The notes beneath the pieces were generated by a model. The model worked only from the letters and a program-made list of their open reading frames with translations. It had not been told where the DNA came from and made no database searches. The position numbers were made by a program, and so were the translations under genes. A stretch of 64,000 nt of DNA from a bacterium (GTDB taxonomy: Bacteria; Zhuqueibacterota; QNDG01; JAFGCO01): contig JAFGGN010000085.1 in the NCBI GenBank assembly GCA_016930535.1, forward strand, positions 39,281 through 103,280. The letters run 5' to 3'. Of this stretch, positions 47,649 to 55,919 are shown one piece after another; positions within the stretch are counted from its first letter, which is position 1; the number at the start of each line of letters is the position of its first letter.

Positions 47649-49433
47649 TTACGACTGTGCAGCAACCGCTGCTTCCGCGGGCAGCAGAATGGTGGCCGTT
47701 GTTCCCTCACCCTTTTTGCTTGAATAGTGAATATCTCCCTGATGGGCCTGAATGATACCGAAACACGCGGACAATCCCAGACCCGTTCCGTTTTCCTTGG
47801 TCGTGAAAAACGGATCAAAAATATGCGTCAGATCTTTTTCATCGATACCCGGGCCGTTATCCGAGATATCGATCTGTACAATATTGTCTCTTGCTGATGT
47901 TTCAATCGTGATCAGTCCGCCGGAAGCCATGGCTTCATAGGCGTTCTGCATCAAATTGACAAATACTTCCTGCATCTGTCTTTCATCGATCATAACCTGC
48001 GGCAAAGATGGGGCCAGTTTTCTGAGTATCTCGACATGCCCCTGAAAAAACTGTTTTTCAACAAGATCGATCACAAAATTCAGCGACTGATTTATATCCA
48101 TTGGCTGAAAATCACCCTTACCGGGCCTTGAAAACTGCAGCAGCCGCTTGACCACATCATTGATCCTCTGGCTCTGGTCGATGATCGTCTGAATATCCGC
48201 CTTGACGTCCTTGGCTTCCTCGAGATGGATTAAAGCGATCTGGGCACGCGTCGAAACGAGCATCAGTTGATTTTTGACCTCGTGTGCAATGTCCGCCGAC
48301 AATCTTCCCAGCTGAGACAGCCTCTGGGCGCTCTCGATTTTCTTCCGTTCGGTCATATCGCGGAACACACCGCGGAATCCCTGAAACAATCCGTGCTCAT
48401 CGAAAATACCCACGGTTTTCATTTCACCCACGATCCGCTTTCTGGTCTTGGTTTCAAGAATCAATTCGTGAATATCTTCACCGGAATCCAGAAGCTGCTG
48501 ACGCCGTTTCTTCGACAATTCAAGACTTTCAGGCGCCATGAGTTCCTGAAACGGCATGCCGATCAGTTCTTTTTTCGAAAATTCCAGTGCACGGATCATG
48601 GATCCGTTGATATAGTTCAGTATGCCGGTTTCGCTGCAGATAAACATCATATCCGTGGCGGTTTCCATGAAGGTGCGGAATTTCTCCTCGGATTCCCGGA
48701 GTATTTTTTCAATTTCCTTGCGTTCCGTAATATTCGTGACCACACTCTGCATGATCCCTTTTTTAAGATCCACGATGCTTGAGCTGATTTCAACCCATAT
48801 GCGTGTTCCGTCCTTCGCAATCAGCCATGATTCGTAACGGAGCGATCCGGTTTTTCTGCTCGTCTGAAAGGCTGCCTTGGATTTGGCCACTTCCTCTTCG
48901 ATCTGAAGATCGAGAAAAGGAATTTTAAGCAGTTCATTCCGGCGGTACCCGAGCAGATCGCACGCTTTTTTGTTCACATTCAGCATCTGACCTTCAAAAT
49001 CATAGATGAATACGGCATCGTTGGCATGTTCAAACAGTTTCCGGTAATAGGATTCCTTCTCCTTCAGATTGGCTTCATTGACCACATGAATCGCATTTTG
49101 ATCCGTGACATTATCGAGCGTTTCTTTGGCCCTGTGCAGCGAGTGCAGCATCTGATCGTTCAGTTTCGACATTTTTTCGATCTCGTCCAGGCCGTCCAGA
49201 TCGATCAGTGTTTCAAAATGCTCCTGATGCTGCAAAGTGAGGTTCCGGATCAGATCGGCAAAAGGGGCGCTGAGCCAATAGGCCGCGGCCAGGCCTGAAA
49301 GAATGAGCACAGCCGCCTGTAATGCAAAAACGGCCCATGCGGCATCCGTAATCAGCTGCATCAGCATGCCGCTGCCGCAGACGAGAACCGCTGTCGCTGC
49401 GAATACGAGCAGAATTTTTTGAAAGAGATTCAT
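47649..49433 (-). CDS. membrane sensor histidine kinase with two PAS domains
   Basis: Two N-terminal TM helices are followed by PAS segments. The HisKA H-box is DIAHEVKNQLMLV. HATPase motifs are NLMQNAYEAM...DNGPGI...GTGLGLS. Confidence 0.8.
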   Translation of the reverse strand: MNLFQKILLVFAATAVLVCGSGMLMQLITDAAWAVFALQAAVLILSGLAAAYWLSAPFADLIRNLTLQHQEHFETLIDLDGLDEIEKMSKLNDQMLHSLHRAKETLDNVTDQNAIHVVNEANLKEKESYYRKLFEHANDAVFIYDFEGQMLNVNKKACDLLGYRRNELLKIPFLDLQIEEEVAKSKAAFQTSRKTGSLRYESWLIAKDGTRIWVEISSSIVDLKKGIMQSVVTNITERKEIEKILRESEEKFRTFMETATDMMFICSETGILNYINGSMIRALEFSKKELIGMPFQELMAPESLELSKKRRQQLLDSGEDIHELILETKTRKRIVGEMKTVGIFDEHGLFQGFRGVFRDMTERKKIESAQRLSQLGRLSADIAHEVKNQLMLVSTRAQIALIHLEEAKDVKADIQTIIDQSQRINDVVKRLLQFSRPGKGDFQPMDINQSLNFVIDLVEKQFFQGHVEILRKLAPSLPQVMIDERQMQEVFVNLMQNAYEAMASGGLITIETSARDNIVQIDISDNGPGIDEKDLTHIFDPFFTTKENGTGLGLSACFGIIQAHQGDIHYSSKKGEGTTATILLPAEAAVAAQS

Positions 49434-50858
49434 CTATATAAAGTTTTCCTGCATTTTCATTTTTTCGAGCGGAGCAATTGAACGGACAATGGACCGTTTG
49501 TACTGCCCGCGTCTGTCCTTTTCCACCAGATTCGCGATCATGGGATTCCGGAAGCGGTTGCCCTGATTGTCATACAGTATTTCAACCTGAGGTCTGCGTA
49601 TGTCAAATACACTGGACTGAATCACCAGCCCTGTTTCGCCCGTATCCAGTTCGACAAGGGTTCCGGGCGGAAAAATACCGATCACACTGAAAAAATTCTC
49701 AAGCAGGTCGGGATGAAATTTCTTGCCCGATTCCTGCATCATCATGTCATATGCTTTTTCCGGTCCGCCTGCCTCATAGAAAAAAGGTTCCTTGCGCAGC
49801 TTGTCATAAAAATCGGAAATGCGGATCATCATGCTGATCAGGTTCAGATCCTTGCCGTATAATTTGGTAAACGATCCGGACTGATCATAATTCATGCCAT
49901 GCTCAAAGGCCGTGATTGCAGCCAACGTATTGATCCCTTCCGTTTCCAGAAGCAGTTTGGCGCCGCGTAAATCCTGATCGAAAGAATCGTCGCCCGTGAG
50001 ACCGGACGAGAAATCGCCGAACGAGAAATCATTCAGGGATTTCGGCGTATCCGCAACAGGGGCCTCATCCGCCATTTTCCCCACATCGTGAAGCAGCGCG
50101 GCCATACCCACATCCACGAGCAGTTTTTTCTCCAGACCGAGCAATTCGCCCTGCATCAGCGTAAAAATCGCGACATTGACACCATGTTCGAATGTATCCT
50201 CATCGTGGATTTTCATAGACGTCATCATGAGAAGCAGATTTTTATTCTTGAATAAATTGTTCATCAGACTGACGGCGATCTGTCTGGCGCTCTGGACGTT
50301 GAGTGTCTGATTTCCCTTCAGCTCCTTGAATGTCTTTGTCAGGTAATCCACGTTTTTCGTATAGTCTTTGCGGACGCGGATATCGAAGAAATGTTCATCG
50401 AATTCAGGTTCTTCGGTTTTCTTGGGAGTGATTGCTATATCGCCAATAGTAATATGTTCCAGTCCGAGGGATTTGAACTGCTGCAGAAGATCCTGCTGTG
50501 GAGTCGCCCCTTCGGCTTTGGATGGCATGATTTCGATGAACCGGGACAGTTCTTCCGCCTTCAGCCCCCTGTAAAAACGCATTTTTTTGACACCGACGGA
50601 TTTCAGGTATTCGATAAAACCCTTCTTTTTGGCACTGAGCTCGTACATCGGTTCCTTATCGAATGCAATTTCATCACCGATAATACCGACCGTAATGACC
50701 TCTTCATGAAACAGGGCCTGGTCAATGCTCTTGTACAGCTGCTGAATGGCCTCCTGCGTCACCTGATGCTCTTTGCCATAGTAGCGGTACAGCTGTATCG
50801 CCCGTGTCAGCAAATTGATCGCCTGTTCAAGAACGGCTTTGTTTGACTTCTCTGTCAT
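49434..50858 (-). CDS. HD-domain signalling protein, degenerate HD-GYP-like
   Basis: The HD motif is AALLHDVGK. The position of the HHExxDGxGYP motif reads AFEHGMNYDQSGSF, so the GYP signature is absent. Its start codon abuts the stop of the upstream kinase gene (49433/49434). Confidence 0.6.
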   Translation of the reverse strand: MTEKSNKAVLEQAINLLTRAIQLYRYYGKEHQVTQEAIQQLYKSIDQALFHEEVITVGIIGDEIAFDKEPMYELSAKKKGFIEYLKSVGVKKMRFYRGLKAEELSRFIEIMPSKAEGATPQQDLLQQFKSLGLEHITIGDIAITPKKTEEPEFDEHFFDIRVRKDYTKNVDYLTKTFKELKGNQTLNVQSARQIAVSLMNNLFKNKNLLLMMTSMKIHDEDTFEHGVNVAIFTLMQGELLGLEKKLLVDVGMAALLHDVGKMADEAPVADTPKSLNDFSFGDFSSGLTGDDSFDQDLRGAKLLLETEGINTLAAITAFEHGMNYDQSGSFTKLYGKDLNLISMMIRISDFYDKLRKEPFFYEAGGPEKAYDMMMQESGKKFHPDLLENFFSVIGIFPPGTLVELDTGETGLVIQSSVFDIRRPQVEILYDNQGNRFRNPMIANLVEKDRRGQYKRSIVRSIAPLEKMKMQENFI

Positions 50859-50910
50859 GACATTTCCTGCAGCTTATTTTCCCTGTTGGTCGACATGCAT
50901 GCACTCAACT

Positions 50911-53133
50911 TTACTCATCTTTCAGTTCCAGAAGCAGCCGACAGGTTTCACGGACCCGTTTGCTTTTATCGTTCAGCCCTTCCTGCACCAGATGCATGGC
51001 CTCTTTTGTATGCAGCCTGGCAATACTGGTAATGGCGGCACATCGCAGCCTGTCCCTTCTTGCCGTATTGAAAAACCCTTTATGCTCGAATATTTTGACC
51101 AGATACTCATACGGAGCCGATGATTTGACATTACCGCAAAGTTCGACAATCTGCTGCAGAAACCTGGGTTTGATAAAACCGCTCTGGCTGTATTTAAAGA
51201 GCCGGGCGGTCAATTCTTCATCGCCGGTTTCCAAGAGAACCAGAGCAGCCTGTTTTTTGACAGCTTCATGTTTTTCTTTTATGAAATGCCTGTAAATATC
51301 GTTCATTTCCTCATCATTTTCCGGTTGAAAATCCCGATAGGATTCCCACCGGATCTGTGGATTTGAATGATTCATCAGCCGTTTGGCGATCAGATGCGCT
51401 TTCTTTTCCGAACAGGTCCTCAGTATCTGAAAAAGATCCTTGGCAAGATGGGGTTCGGTATTTTCGAACCGGTCGATGACCTCTTTCACGATTCCCCGTT
51501 TCAACGGGCCAAACAGCATCCTGTATTTGCTTCGGTTGGCCGGATTCTTTTCTTCGAGATACGTATCCACCAGGAGTTTGACCGATTGCGGTTCCGCTTT
51601 TCGAAGAATATAGGCCACGTTCCTGAGCACGCGATTATCCGCCTGCGGCAGCATGGAAATCAGATGATGCAGGGTCACATTGTCGGTCACGCGTTCCAGT
51701 CCGGCCTGGATTTCCCTGGCCATCCGTTTGTCCCGATGCTGTTCCGGCCGGGTTTTCTCGGAGAAAAATTCGACAATTTCCTTAATGCGTTCCACATCCG
51801 AGTTATTGAGCAGATCCGGAAGAATGGTCTGGATTTTTCTCGAAAATTTATTGAATTCGTCCGCGTTGTTCTCGAGCCATAAAATATTCAGCAGCAGCCA
51901 GAGTTCTTCCTTTTTTAATTCTTCCTCCTCGACGGACTGAACGAATTTATTGATCAGCGGGGTCAGCTTGGCCACATAAACCAGCGTATCGATTTTCTGG
52001 TTCATGACCGCGTCCACCGTGATCTTTTGAAGCTGATTCATGAAATTGCTGTCAGGATGACGCTTAAATATGTCCTGTATGGACATCTGCAGTTTGGAGA
52101 GCGTATTCGGATTGATGATTCGCTTGCTGAAAAGCCGGTCGGCCACCATGTTCATCAAATTGTCGGATTTGTCCGCTTCCGGTGCGAGTTTATCGAATAC
52201 CTTCAGCAGATTCTCGTTGAACGTATCATCGTTGCTGATCAGGGACTCGATAAAATTGGCAATATAGGTTTCGGAAAAATCCTTGGTGATGGTCTCAGCC
52301 AGATCGAAGGTTTCATTTTCATCGACTGTTTTCTCGAAAAGAATATTGATCAGGTCCGGATTCAGCTGGGAAACGACATGCATCAGTTTGATTTTTAAAT
52401 CCTTGGCCTCGCCCTGGGACTTTTCTTCAAAATAGGCGCATATCTGCTGAATCACTTTACGCATTTGCTCGGCCGCTTCTTCATCCGTGGCCGTGGTGAC
52501 CGCTTCATGATAAATGGAATTCAGCGTCTGAACGGACTTGTCGGTATCCGTGAAAAAATCATCCAGAAATTTCATCTTGTTTTCCGGAAGATCCCCCTGC
52601 TTGGTATCCTTGGCGATTTCGATTAAAAACTGCCAGACCTTCACCTCCTCGGTCTCCCCCTCTGCCACGGTGGGAGCCTCCAGCAGTTCCGAATAATCGA
52701 TTTCCTTGATTATAATATGGGGATGTTCGCTCAACTGGCTGAGAATACCCCCGTTTTCACGAATGGTCTTGCGGTCGTTCCGTATCAGCTTGAAAAATGC
52801 AATGAGCTCCTCGGCAAAAACGCCCTGCTGAAAGGCCAGGGAGATCAGGCCGCGGGTATGGAGGTAATTGGCAACCTCTTCGGCAAAACCGCTCTTTTCA
52901 CCGATTTCTTCACCATTGAGAAACAGATCGTCTTTTGAAAATCCGATATCCAGCTGCTTGTGATCGGTCAGCCAGCGATCCAGCGCATTCTTAAAATTAT
53001 TAATGCTGTAATTGAATATGGGATGTTCCGGCGGATAAAATACGCTGTTCTTCAGGGCCAGCCGCAGGTTTTTAATCACGGATTGCGTGATCTTAAGTTC
53101 CTGAAGTTCATCTTGTTTTATGCTCTGTTCCAT
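50911..53133 (-). CDS. large cytoplasmic alpha-helical (possibly HEAT/ARM-like) hypothetical protein, first gene of the signalling operon
   Basis: 740 aa with no signal peptide. It is helix-rich and the C-terminal part has HEAT-like periodicity (NPQIRWESYRDF...DKSKRVRETCRLLLE). No catalytic motif was recognised. Confidence 0.4.
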   Translation of the reverse strand: MEQSIKQDELQELKITQSVIKNLRLALKNSVFYPPEHPIFNYSINNFKNALDRWLTDHKQLDIGFSKDDLFLNGEEIGEKSGFAEEVANYLHTRGLISLAFQQGVFAEELIAFFKLIRNDRKTIRENGGILSQLSEHPHIIIKEIDYSELLEAPTVAEGETEEVKVWQFLIEIAKDTKQGDLPENKMKFLDDFFTDTDKSVQTLNSIYHEAVTTATDEEAAEQMRKVIQQICAYFEEKSQGEAKDLKIKLMHVVSQLNPDLINILFEKTVDENETFDLAETITKDFSETYIANFIESLISNDDTFNENLLKVFDKLAPEADKSDNLMNMVADRLFSKRIINPNTLSKLQMSIQDIFKRHPDSNFMNQLQKITVDAVMNQKIDTLVYVAKLTPLINKFVQSVEEEELKKEELWLLLNILWLENNADEFNKFSRKIQTILPDLLNNSDVERIKEIVEFFSEKTRPEQHRDKRMAREIQAGLERVTDNVTLHHLISMLPQADNRVLRNVAYILRKAEPQSVKLLVDTYLEEKNPANRSKYRMLFGPLKRGIVKEVIDRFENTEPHLAKDLFQILRTCSEKKAHLIAKRLMNHSNPQIRWESYRDFQPENDEEMNDIYRHFIKEKHEAVKKQAALVLLETGDEELTARLFKYSQSGFIKPRFLQQIVELCGNVKSSAPYEYLVKIFEHKGFFNTARRDRLRCAAITSIARLHTKEAMHLVQEGLNDKSKRVRETCRLLLELKDE

Positions 53134-53493
53134 CCACGGTTTTCCGGTTTTATTTGATCAATCAAACCGAAATCAGCACATACTGTGCCAAAATGTCATT
53201 TTTGTTACAATCGTTTCATATTGGAAATTCAGTTCTTATAAAATGGTGAACTTGCAGTGCTTACGGAACGATTTTCAAGGCTAAATGAGGCAATCTGCAG
53301 TATTTGCGGATGTTGAAGTCAGAAGCATGCATCAGAAACGGAATCCATGCATCCGACGGCTGACGCGGGGACCGAGTCAAGGTTTACCAATAATAGGAAA
53401 TTTTTGCCGGATTTAACGATCCCGGCGGTCATGCCTTTCGTTGCACTGTAAACGTTTTTTTTGCACCTGGCCGCGTGATGCAGCCCATACGCG

Positions 53494-54837
53494 TCAAACC
53501 ACGCCCTGATCCATCATGGCGTTCGCGACTTTCAGAAATCCGCCGATATTGGCCCCGTTGACATAATCCACAAAACCGCTGTCCTGTTTTCCATACTTGA
53601 AGCATGTGGCGTGAATGGCCTGCATAATCTCTTTGAGCCGGCTGTCCACTTCCTCTCTTGACCAGTTCATCTTCATGGCATTCTGGGACATCTCAAGTCC
53701 GGATACGGCCACGCCGCCGGCATTGGCCGCTTTGCCGGGTGCGAAGAGCAGTTCCGCTTTCTGAAGCGCATGCACTGCATCCAGTGTACAGGGCATATTG
53801 GCGCCTTCGCAGACGCAAATGCATTTGTTCTCAATGAGACTGGCGGCGTCATCCGCATTCAGTTCATTCTGAATTGCACAGGGGATGGCGATATCGCAGG
53901 GTTGTTCCCACGGCCTTTTACCGGCAAAGAACCGTGCACCGGAATGCGCTTCCGCATAGGGTGCGATGACATCATTGTTGCTGGATCTCAGACGCACCAT
54001 GGTCGTGATCTTGTCTCCGGATACGCCGTCCTCATCGAGGATATACCCATCCGGACCGGACAGTGTGATGACCTTGGCTCCCAACTCGTTCAGTTTGAGT
54101 GCGACACCCCATGCCACATTGCCGAATCCGGACACGGCGACGCGTTTTCCCTTGAGCTGTTCGCCCCGTGTTTTCAGCATTTCCCCTGCAAAATAAACCA
54201 CGCCGAAACCCGTGGCTTCCGGACGGATGAGACTGCCGCCCCATTCAAGCCCTTTCCCGGTCAGAACGCCGGTGAATTCATTCTTCAGCTTTTTATACTG
54301 TCCGAACAGATATCCGATTTCGCGGCCACCGACACCGATATCACCCGCAGGCACATCCGTGTTCGGACCGATATACCGGTACAGCTCGTTCATGAAACTC
54401 TGGCAGAACCGCATGATCTCATGATCGCTCCGGCCCTTCGGATTAAAATCAGCACCGCCCTTGCCCGCTCCGAGAGGCAGATGGGTCAGACTGTTCTTGA
54501 ACGTCTGTTCGAGGGCCAGAAACTTCAGGCTGCTCAGATTCACGGACGGATGGAAGCGCAATCCCCCCTTATACGGGCCGATGGCACTGTTCATTTCAAC
54601 CCGGAATCCGCGGTTGATTCGTATTTCTCCCTGATCATCCATCCAGGGAACTCGAAACATAATGACCCTTTCGGGCTCGATCATCCGTTCAAATATTTTG
54701 GCTGCCTGATATTCGGGATACTGTTCATAAACCAGTGCGACGGATGCAGCGATTTCTTCGACAGCCTGATGAAATTCGACTTCGCCTGGATTGTTCTGAC
54801 GGACACTGGCCATGAGCTCCTTGACATAATCCGGCAT
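53494..54837 (-). CDS. gdhA: NADP-specific glutamate dehydrogenase
   Basis: GGLRFHPSVNLSSLKFLALEQTFKNSLTHLPLGAGKGGADFNPKG carries the catalytic-lysine GGxK motif of the Glu/Leu/Phe/Val dehydrogenase family. The start was trimmed from the track's 54972 to MPDYVKELMASV at 54837, which has an AAGGAGG RBS. Confidence 0.85.
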   Translation of the reverse strand: MPDYVKELMASVRQNNPGEVEFHQAVEEIAASVALVYEQYPEYQAAKIFERMIEPERVIMFRVPWMDDQGEIRINRGFRVEMNSAIGPYKGGLRFHPSVNLSSLKFLALEQTFKNSLTHLPLGAGKGGADFNPKGRSDHEIMRFCQSFMNELYRYIGPNTDVPAGDIGVGGREIGYLFGQYKKLKNEFTGVLTGKGLEWGGSLIRPEATGFGVVYFAGEMLKTRGEQLKGKRVAVSGFGNVAWGVALKLNELGAKVITLSGPDGYILDEDGVSGDKITTMVRLRSSNNDVIAPYAEAHSGARFFAGKRPWEQPCDIAIPCAIQNELNADDAASLIENKCICVCEGANMPCTLDAVHALQKAELLFAPGKAANAGGVAVSGLEMSQNAMKMNWSREEVDSRLKEIMQAIHATCFKYGKQDSGFVDYVNGANIGGFLKVANAMMDQGVV

Positions 54838-55047
54838 AATTGTCCTCCTTAAGGGAAAGGGTCCATCCATATCGAAACAGGTTGATGAGTGCAGCCTCAG
54901 CAAGCCGGGATATCCGGAAACCGGACACGGCCGGCTGATGAGATCGTCCTCATCGGAATATATGATCTGCATTTCAAAAAATCAAAGGAATTATCAGGAG
55001 GATTCATGAGAAATTGTTCTTGATTTTCTGCATTCAAAAATGTAAGT

Positions 55048-55065
55048 TTGTGAAACATTTCACAA
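55048..55065. promoter_or_regulatory. Rex operator TTGTGAA-ACAT-TTCACAA (perfect consensus palindrome)
   Basis: It matches the Rex box consensus TTGTGAAnnnnTTCACAA exactly. It sits 34 nt upstream of the rex start and about 210 nt upstream of the divergent gdhA start. Confidence 0.7.
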
Positions 55066-55098
55066 TAGTTGATCACATTGAACAAACCAGGACAATCC

Positions 55099-55728
55099 AT
55101 GGAACATCACCTGATTTCAGAAAAAACCGTCGAGCGGTTGATTTTATACAGGCGCATACTCCTGACAATCGATCCTGAAAAACAGAAAAACATCGTCTCA
55201 CATCAGCTGGCACTCCTGACCGGTGTAAAATCCCCTCAGGTCCGCAGGGACCTGATGGTGATCGGTTATTCGGGATCCCCTGCACGGGGCTACGATATCA
55301 GCTCCCTGATCGAAAGCATCGGTCATTTTATCGACGCACCTGTCAAACAGGGAATTGCGCTTGCAGGCGTCGGAAACATTGGAAGAGCCATCATCGATTA
55401 TTTCAAAGGCAGGCGGCCGAAGCTGGATATTTCGGCTATTTTCGATATCGATCCGGAAAAAATCAACCGTGTGCTCCATGGATGCAGGTGCTATCATATC
55501 GATCAGATGGAAGCAATTATCCGTGCCGGGAAAATCCATATGGGCATCATTACCGTACCTGCGGATTCCGCGCAGAGCGTTGCGGAGCATATGATCAGGG
55601 CCGGCGTGACCGGCATATTGAACTACGCTCCGGTCAAACTCGTGCATCCGGAAAATATTCATGTGGAAAACCGGGACATCACGCTCGTGATCGAAAAAGT
55701 GGCCTATTTTTCCCGCCAGGTCCGGTGA
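55099..55728 (+). CDS. rex: redox-sensing transcriptional repressor Rex
   Basis: The winged-helix N-terminus is RLILYRRIL. The Rossmann NADH-binding motif is GIALAGVGNIGRAII. The protein is 210 aa. The start MEHHL at 55099 has an AGGA RBS. Confidence 0.8.
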   Translation: MEHHLISEKTVERLILYRRILLTIDPEKQKNIVSHQLALLTGVKSPQVRRDLMVIGYSGSPARGYDISSLIESIGHFIDAPVKQGIALAGVGNIGRAIIDYFKGRRPKLDISAIFDIDPEKINRVLHGCRCYHIDQMEAIIRAGKIHMGIITVPADSAQSVAEHMIRAGVTGILNYAPVKLVHPENIHVENRDITLVIEKVAYFSRQVR

Positions 55729-55919
55729 CTGCTCCGATCGTTCTTGACTTTATGATAAATTTTATGCAAATTAGTAAGATAAGGACCATGGTTTGTCACA
55801 TTCCGTGAATCCTGATGCAATCCGGGGTTCGGAACCGGGTACTTGATCATCCCGGACTTCATCGAACCGTCACCTGAACCGAAGGGCAGTCCCGCTGCCT
55901 GACAGCAAGGGAGGAAAAC

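Noticed and set aside
53770-54852. 360-aa plus ORF antisense to gdhA, and 59957..60823 antisense to the 1101-aa gene
   Set aside because: The opposite-strand genes have unambiguous conserved motifs (GDH GGxK; PD40 repeats). These are frame shadows.
55067-55085. Second Rex-like site TTGATCACATTGAACAA next to the consensus Rex box
   Set aside because: The half-sites are TTGATCA and TTGTTCA with a 3-nt spacer. This is too divergent from TTGTGAA-N4-TTCACAA to call.
55729-55919. Cobalamin or TPP riboswitch upstream of the TonB-dependent receptor
   Set aside because: No B12 box (GCCACTG), no GGUGxAAxxCC...CCCGCxACUGU arrangement and no THI box (CUGAGA) could be found. It is kept only as a low-interest unassigned leader.
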